A DNA stretch of 64,000 nucleotides, taken from a virus. Its lineage: Duplodnaviria > Heunggongvirae > Uroviricota > Caudoviricetes. Shown here piece by piece: positions 59,811 through 64,000 of this stretch (position 1 is its first letter; each line of letters starts with the position of its first letter). The position numbers and the translations under genes were made by a program. The DNA is taken from IMG/VR virus record IMGVR_UViG_3300045988_162656, one strand, 5' to 3'. Below the pieces are notes generated by a model. The model was not told where the DNA came from. It worked only from the letters and a program-made list of their open reading frames with translations, and made no database searches.

Positions 59811-60041
59811 TTATGGCACTTTTCTGCCCCATCCACACAATCGCTCCCCTATCATATTGTGAAAAAGTACTTCCCTTTCAGTCTCTTCGGTCATGAGATC
59901 ATCACGGCTGATGTATAGCGGTGTAGCCGCATCGCAGAAAAGCACACCAGAGGATTGAGGCTTAATCACGCAACCACTTATTGTGCAACTCATGATGAAC
60001 AGTAGAAGCATCTTTGCGCCGTAACTCATCAAGTGTTTCAT
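59811..60041 (-). CDS. Rz1-like outer-membrane spanin lipoprotein
   Basis: Signal peptide plus lipobox LLLFIMSCTISGC in a frame overlapping the 3' end of the Rz-like gene; exact start uncertain. Confidence 0.45.
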   Translation of the reverse strand: MKHLMSYGAKMLLLFIMSCTISGCVIKPQSSGVLFCDAATPLYISRDDLMTEETEREVLFHNMIGERLCGWGRKVP

Positions 60042-60213
60042 TTTTGACATCCACTGTGCTTTGAAGTCGTTTCCTGTCTTCCTGTTTTGCCTTCTCTTCC
60101 ATTGCTCGTCGCGCCGCATTTCCGCCCATCGTGTAAGCGCCGACAAGAACGAAAAGTACGGCAGCCAGCGTAATCAAAGCAACTTTTAGCTTTGTCATCA
60201 GGCTGCCTAGCAT
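59962..60213 (-). CDS. Rz-like inner-membrane spanin
   Basis: N-terminal TM helix then charged coiled coil; SD AAAGGGATGG; overlapped by Rz1-like frame. Confidence 0.55.
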   Translation of the reverse strand: MLGSLMTKLKVALITLAAVLFVLVGAYTMGGNAARRAMEEKAKQEDRKRLQSTVDVKNETLDELRRKDASTVHHELHNKWLRD

Positions 60214-60214
60214 A

Positions 60215-60907
60215 TTAGACCATCCCTTTCTGGTGTTTTCTTACCTGCGACCAGGCAATGAATCCTGCCACAACAATAGTGGCAATACCGAAGATGATGC
60301 GTACTGTATCCCCACTAGAGATATGACCTTGTGCTTTATCCATAGCAGCGGAAACCTGCGGCATAACATCGGCCAGCTGCGCCAGACCAATACCTGCTGT
60401 AACAGTTGCGCCTGCTGTTTCTTTAGTTACAGGAACAGCCTTCACGGTTTTCACCGGCTTAACGACGCCAGCTCGACGCAGACCTTCCTCAATAACTTCT
60501 GCCGCATACCAGGTGTTCAGCGTTTTTAGCGGACCTCGCCCATTCTCATGGCGAATGATTGCCTCAACCAAAGGTCGAAGAATGTCGTAATCATGCAGAT
60601 CGATAATCATGTCTGCGGTCACACCAACGGCTTTAGACACCTCATTAATGTAGGCGTCAGTGTTGTTTTCATTCGGCGGTGCCCAACGTTCAATAACTTC
60701 ACGAATGGTATCGATACTTGAGCCGTCTTTTGCGCGACGTTTGTCGTGGTAGGTAATTAGAGTCACCGCCAGCGCACGAATCCCCCAAACAGGGTCTTTA
60801 AACGTACAAAAGCGCGGTTCGTCTGGATTCGCAACCAGACCTTGCCACGGTGATCCTTTATCAAGATTACCGGGGTTATTATTACGAATGCCTCTCGGAG
60901 TCTTCAT
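60215..60907 (-). CDS. putative cell-wall hydrolase (endolysin candidate) with C-terminal membrane anchor
   Basis: Sits directly upstream of the Rz/Rz1 pair; N-terminal GIRNNNPGNL block; C-terminal hydrophobic helix IIFGIATIVVAGFIAW; function inferred from context only. Confidence 0.4.
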   Translation of the reverse strand: MKTPRGIRNNNPGNLDKGSPWQGLVANPDEPRFCTFKDPVWGIRALAVTLITYHDKRRAKDGSSIDTIREVIERWAPPNENNTDAYINEVSKAVGVTADMIIDLHDYDILRPLVEAIIRHENGRGPLKTLNTWYAAEVIEEGLRRAGVVKPVKTVKAVPVTKETAGATVTAGIGLAQLADVMPQVSAAMDKAQGHISSGDTVRIIFGIATIVVAGFIAWSQVRKHQKGMV

Positions 60908-60920
60908 CCTCAATCTCCTG

Positions 60921-61244
60921 TTATTGCAGTCCATTTTTTACGCCATACGCGGCTAACCCCAAAAGCAGTGCGGTAATAATGAACGACGTTATTTTAGAAA
61001 CAATGCCGCCAAAGAACCCACTGGAGATGGAATCTAACCGGTTAAGGAGTTTGTCAAGGTTGGAGTGTTGAATACTATGTTGCGCCGGGGTCATATCACC
61101 AAAGTAGGTTTTCAGCTGATCATTGACCTCCTGGCCAATTTCTTCACGTATCTCTTTACCTAATTTGCCAACAACCTCCCTAGCAACGATCGCGGCAATA
61201 CGCTCAACATGCTCTGTTGTAACGCCCGCCATCTCGTTCGACAT
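60921..61244 (-). CDS. small membrane protein (holin or lysis-regulator candidate)
   Basis: C-terminal TM helix; SD GGAGGAAAC; start set at MSNEM; ORF track 60921..61265 trimmed. Confidence 0.4.
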   Translation of the reverse strand: MSNEMAGVTTEHVERIAAIVAREVVGKLGKEIREEIGQEVNDQLKTYFGDMTPAQHSIQHSNLDKLLNRLDSISSGFFGGIVSKITSFIITALLLGLAAYGVKNGLQ

Positions 61245-61376
61245 GTTTCCTCCGTGAAAAGTCAAATCGGGATGGCGTGTTTATATCATATTTTAACCAT
61301 TTGTAGTAGGTGTGTACCTACCTAGCATATATCTTGCAAACTAATCGTTGTTAATAATGCAGATATAATCTGCCCC

Positions 61377-61958
61377 TTACTCTGCTGGTATTGTTGGCCA
61401 CTCAATATCAGGTGCAGTTGATGTATCAACACGGTTCAGCAACACCCGATACTTTTTCCAGGCTTCCAGCAATGAGGTTTCTTCCTCCGTTGCAATTTCC
61501 AGATCTGCAGCATCCTGAAGCGGCGCAATATGCTCACTGGCTACCTGCATCAGGTTGTTTTTTGTTTCTTCCGCCTCCCGGATCCGGAACAGTTTTTCTG
61601 CTTCCGTATCCTTCACCCAGGCTGTGCCGTTCCACTTCTGAAACTCCCCTTCCGGCGATAACCAGGTAACATTTTCCGGTAACGGACCGAGTTCAGAAAT
61701 AAATAACTCGTCCCCTGACGCTACGTCATAAACCGTTTTACCCCGATGGTCTTCAACGAGATGCCACGATGCCTCATCACTGTTGAAAACAGCCACAAAG
61801 CCAGCCGGAATATCTGGCGGTGCAATATCGGTACTGTTTGCTGGCAGACCTGTATGAGGCGGAATATATGCGTCACCTTCACCAATAAATTCATTAGTTC
61901 CGGCCAGCAGATTATAAATTTTTATGGTCCGTGGTTGTTCACTCATTCTGAATGCCAT
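61377..61958 (-). CDS. tfa: tail fibre assembly protein (lambda Tfa-like)
   Basis: N-terminus [20 protein letters not shown] and C-terminal [21 protein letters not shown] match my recollection of lambda-family Tfa proteins. Confidence 0.85.
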   Translation of the reverse strand: MAFRMSEQPRTIKIYNLLAGTNEFIGEGDAYIPPHTGLPANSTDIAPPDIPAGFVAVFNSDEASWHLVEDHRGKTVYDVASGDELFISELGPLPENVTWLSPEGEFQKWNGTAWVKDTEAEKLFRIREAEETKNNLMQVASEHIAPLQDAADLEIATEEETSLLEAWKKYRVLLNRVDTSTAPDIEWPTIPAE

Positions 61959-64000
61959 TATGCAAGCCTCACAATATAGTTAAATGCGATGTTTTTGACG
62001 GTGTTTTCCGCGTTACCAGCAGCGTTAACGGTGATGGTGTGTCCGTGTGAGCCAATCGCAACGGAGTGCGTATGAGCACCAATACCGACAGTATGTGCAT
62101 GTGCGCCTGCGCTTGCAGCAGTGCCGGACAGCGAGTGGGTATGAGCACCATCTGATGATGTCTTCCCTGCATTACGAGTCTGGCCACTACCGCTTGTTGT
62201 GCTCATAATCCCCGCGCTTAGATTTGAAATCGCGGTATAACCATTAGGGAAAATGCTCGTGTTCGTGCCACCAAATGCACCGGAACTCTTGTGTTGGTGC
62301 GCACCGGCACTATTTGCAGTCCCGCTAATACTATGGGTATGCGCCCCGGTGTTATTCGTGGATTTGGTTCCGTAATCAAACGACGATGTGTTTTTCGTCC
62401 CCAAATCCGTACTGGATGCGCTGGCGCTGTGGGTGTGCGATTTAATGCCGTCCTGTTCCTGAGACAATACGGCACGACCACTGGCGGGTTTGCCCTTAAT
62501 CGTCCAGCCACGCATATCAGGGATCACGCCTGACGGATAAGCCGCTGCAAGTTTCGGGTATGCAGATTTGTCAAAAGTCTGCCCCTGCATCAGGGCATAA
62601 CCAGACGGAACGGTATCTGATGGCCACGGGATTGGTGCACCGACTGGGTAGCTTTCTGGTGGAAGATTTTTCGAGGTATAAACTTCTGCCCAGTCTTCCT
62701 CAAAACCATAACCGTCTCTTGAAGAACGGTAGAACAGACCACCATTTCTGTAATGCGCCTTCATCTGCAGGGTCCGGCAACTTCCGACTCCGGTATAGAA
62801 GTTAACCAGAATATAGCTGTCGCCAGAGCGGGTGACTTTGTAAGCGCCTGATTCGGCATTCCAGGGAACGGCTCCATCCGAATCCGCATAAGCCCCCGTC
62901 GAACGTCGGGCAAATGCACCAATATTTTCCGGCGTGAGGTTAATATCCGCCGAGCCATCAAACTTAACACCGTTAATTTTTGGGGCTGCCGCAAGTTTCG
63001 TCGCGGTATCGGCGTTCCCCTTCAGTGCCCCGGTGATCCCATCAGTAACAGACAACGGACCTGAAATAGTCCCTCCAGTCGTTGGCAGCGCTCCAATATC
63101 TGATGGTGTAGGTTTCTGATGTGAGCTATACATCGTATAAACAACACCATAGGTAACGCTGGAAGGCTTACTCGCTGAATATGTTGGCGAGGTATAAACA
63201 GAAACTGACGCATTTGCAGTACAATCCCAATGGATATTTACACTCGTCGCATAATTGCCAATCTCAACGTAAATATCATATGTATCGCCGGATGTGTTGA
63301 TCCAGGCGAAATTCGTTAATCCGACGGCTGTACGCTTCCACAAAGCCCCGGTAATTCCTTTGGGGTTTCCATTGCCTGCTCGTAGAACCAGTTCTGAAAT
63401 GCCTGCCTGATGTGGGGAACCGACGTTGTAACCAGCGCCACCAATCAATGCGATGTAAACGATGGAACTCGCTTGTGGCATGGTAACCGTAGCCAGTTTG
63501 AACCACCCAGCCCCGCCAGAGAAAGACATCGTTACTGAATTTAAAGTACCAATATCTTTCGGCGTTAATGTTATATCCGCAGTCAATGCTTTTCCGTTAA
63601 CTTTTCGGTTAGATGGCACCCTGCTATTCGCATTGTCATTGGCTGCTTTAACTGCTTTTGGCGTTGCGGCCAGCGATTCACTGGTGCTATCAACAGCACT
63701 GCTAAGTTTCACAACACCTTTAGTTGTAAGGCTTGCGTCTTCCATCGCAACTGCACCGGCAATCTCTTCAGCACGATCAGCAGCAGCTTCCGCACGGGTC
63801 GCAGCGGATTCAGCAGTAGTTTTGCTCTGAGATGCTGCCGTCGCACTGCCTGCCGCCTCTGTTGCCTTCGTGGATGCTGTCGTGGCGCTGCCCTTCGCTG
63901 CGGACGCTTGTCTGGTCGCCTCATCTTTTGAAGCTGACGCCGATGATGCCGATGACGCCGCCGAACTGGCGGACGATGCGGCAGGCGGTTCCGCAGCCAG
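61958..64000 (-). CDS. stf: side tail fibre protein (lambda Stf-like), 5' end outside window
   Basis: Frame stays open to the window edge (ORF track starts at an internal Met, 63745); conserved [31 protein letters not shown] block; Gly/Ser/Thr-rich repeats with SAGAH..H motifs. Confidence 0.85.
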   Translation of the reverse strand: MAAEPPAASSASSAASSASSASASKDEATRQASAAKGSATTASTKATEAAGSATAASQSKTTAESAATRAEAAADRAEEIAGAVAMEDASLTTKGVVKLSSAVDSTSESLAATPKAVKAANDNANSRVPSNRKVNGKALTADITLTPKDIGTLNSVTMSFSGGAGWFKLATVTMPQASSIVYIALIGGAGYNVGSPHQAGISELVLRAGNGNPKGITGALWKRTAVGLTNFAWINTSGDTYDIYVEIGNYATSVNIHWDCTANASVSVYTSPTYSASKPSSVTYGVVYTMYSSHQKPTPSDIGALPTTGGTISGPLSVTDGITGALKGNADTATKLAAAPKINGVKFDGSADINLTPENIGAFARRSTGAYADSDGAVPWNAESGAYKVTRSGDSYILVNFYTGVGSCRTLQMKAHYRNGGLFYRSSRDGYGFEEDWAEVYTSKNLPPESYPVGAPIPWPSDTVPSGYALMQGQTFDKSAYPKLAAAYPSGVIPDMRGWTIKGKPASGRAVLSQEQDGIKSHTHSASASSTDLGTKNTSSFDYGTKSTNNTGAHTHSISGTANSAGAHQHKSSGAFGGTNTSIFPNGYTAISNLSAGIMSTTSGSGQTRNAGKTSSDGAHTHSLSGTAASAGAHAHTVGIGAHTHSVAIGSHGHTITVNAAGNAENTVKNIAFNYIVRLA

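Noticed and set aside
1-64000. Initial impression of a T5-like phage (RNase H, DHFR, ThyA, NrdAB, flap endonuclease, SbcCD-like, tRNAs)
   Set aside because: The polymerase is DnaE-type, not family A, and the window carries an iteron replicon, partition genes and a tyrosine integrase; a phage-plasmid explains it better

Overview
This 64 kb window reads as a segment of an enterobacterial phage-plasmid, with nearly all genes on the minus strand. I could run no homology searches: every call rests on reading the ORF translations, recognising motifs from memory, and inspecting the DNA by eye. My first guess of a T5-like phage is rejected. The content resembles what I recall of SSU5/pHCM2-like phage-plasmids, which is an unverified inference. 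Modules, left to right: (1) 1-12.5 kb, accessory/early genes including a ClpX zinc-finger-like protein, two N6-adenine methyltransferases, an AT-rich island, a TerB-like protein, RNase H and an acidic protein; (2) 12.5-24.5 kb, nucleotide metabolism and recombination (kinase, DHFR, ThyA, NrdAB, RuvC-like, SbcCD-like); (3) 25.4-27.4 kb, a P1-type iteron plasmid replicon (origin with DnaA box and GATC cluster, repA, iteron arrays either side); (4) 27.4-32 kb, small hypothetical genes plus an SPFH lipoprotein; (5) 32-43.4 kb, replication core (RecA-like, flap endonuclease, SSB-like, DnaE-type polymerase, CobS-like AAA+ and vWA proteins); (6) 43.5-49 kb, HTH regulator, tyrosine integrase, SGNH esterase and four tRNA genes (Ser, Thr, Tyr, Asn); (7) 49-59.6 kb, ATP-dependent ligase, primase, DnaB-like helicase, ParA/RHH partition pair; (8) 59.8-64 kb, lysis cassette with overlapping Rz/Rz1-like spanins, then lambda-like tail fibre assembly and tail fibre genes (fibre truncated at the window edge). 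I cannot name one defined novel system with confidence. The strongest candidates are two genome-wide palindromic motif families that look like operators of an unidentified regulatory circuit, the integrase/esterase/tRNA island, the ClpX-zinc-finger-like operon, the methyltransferase-fusion plus AT-rich island, and two ORF-free structured regions.
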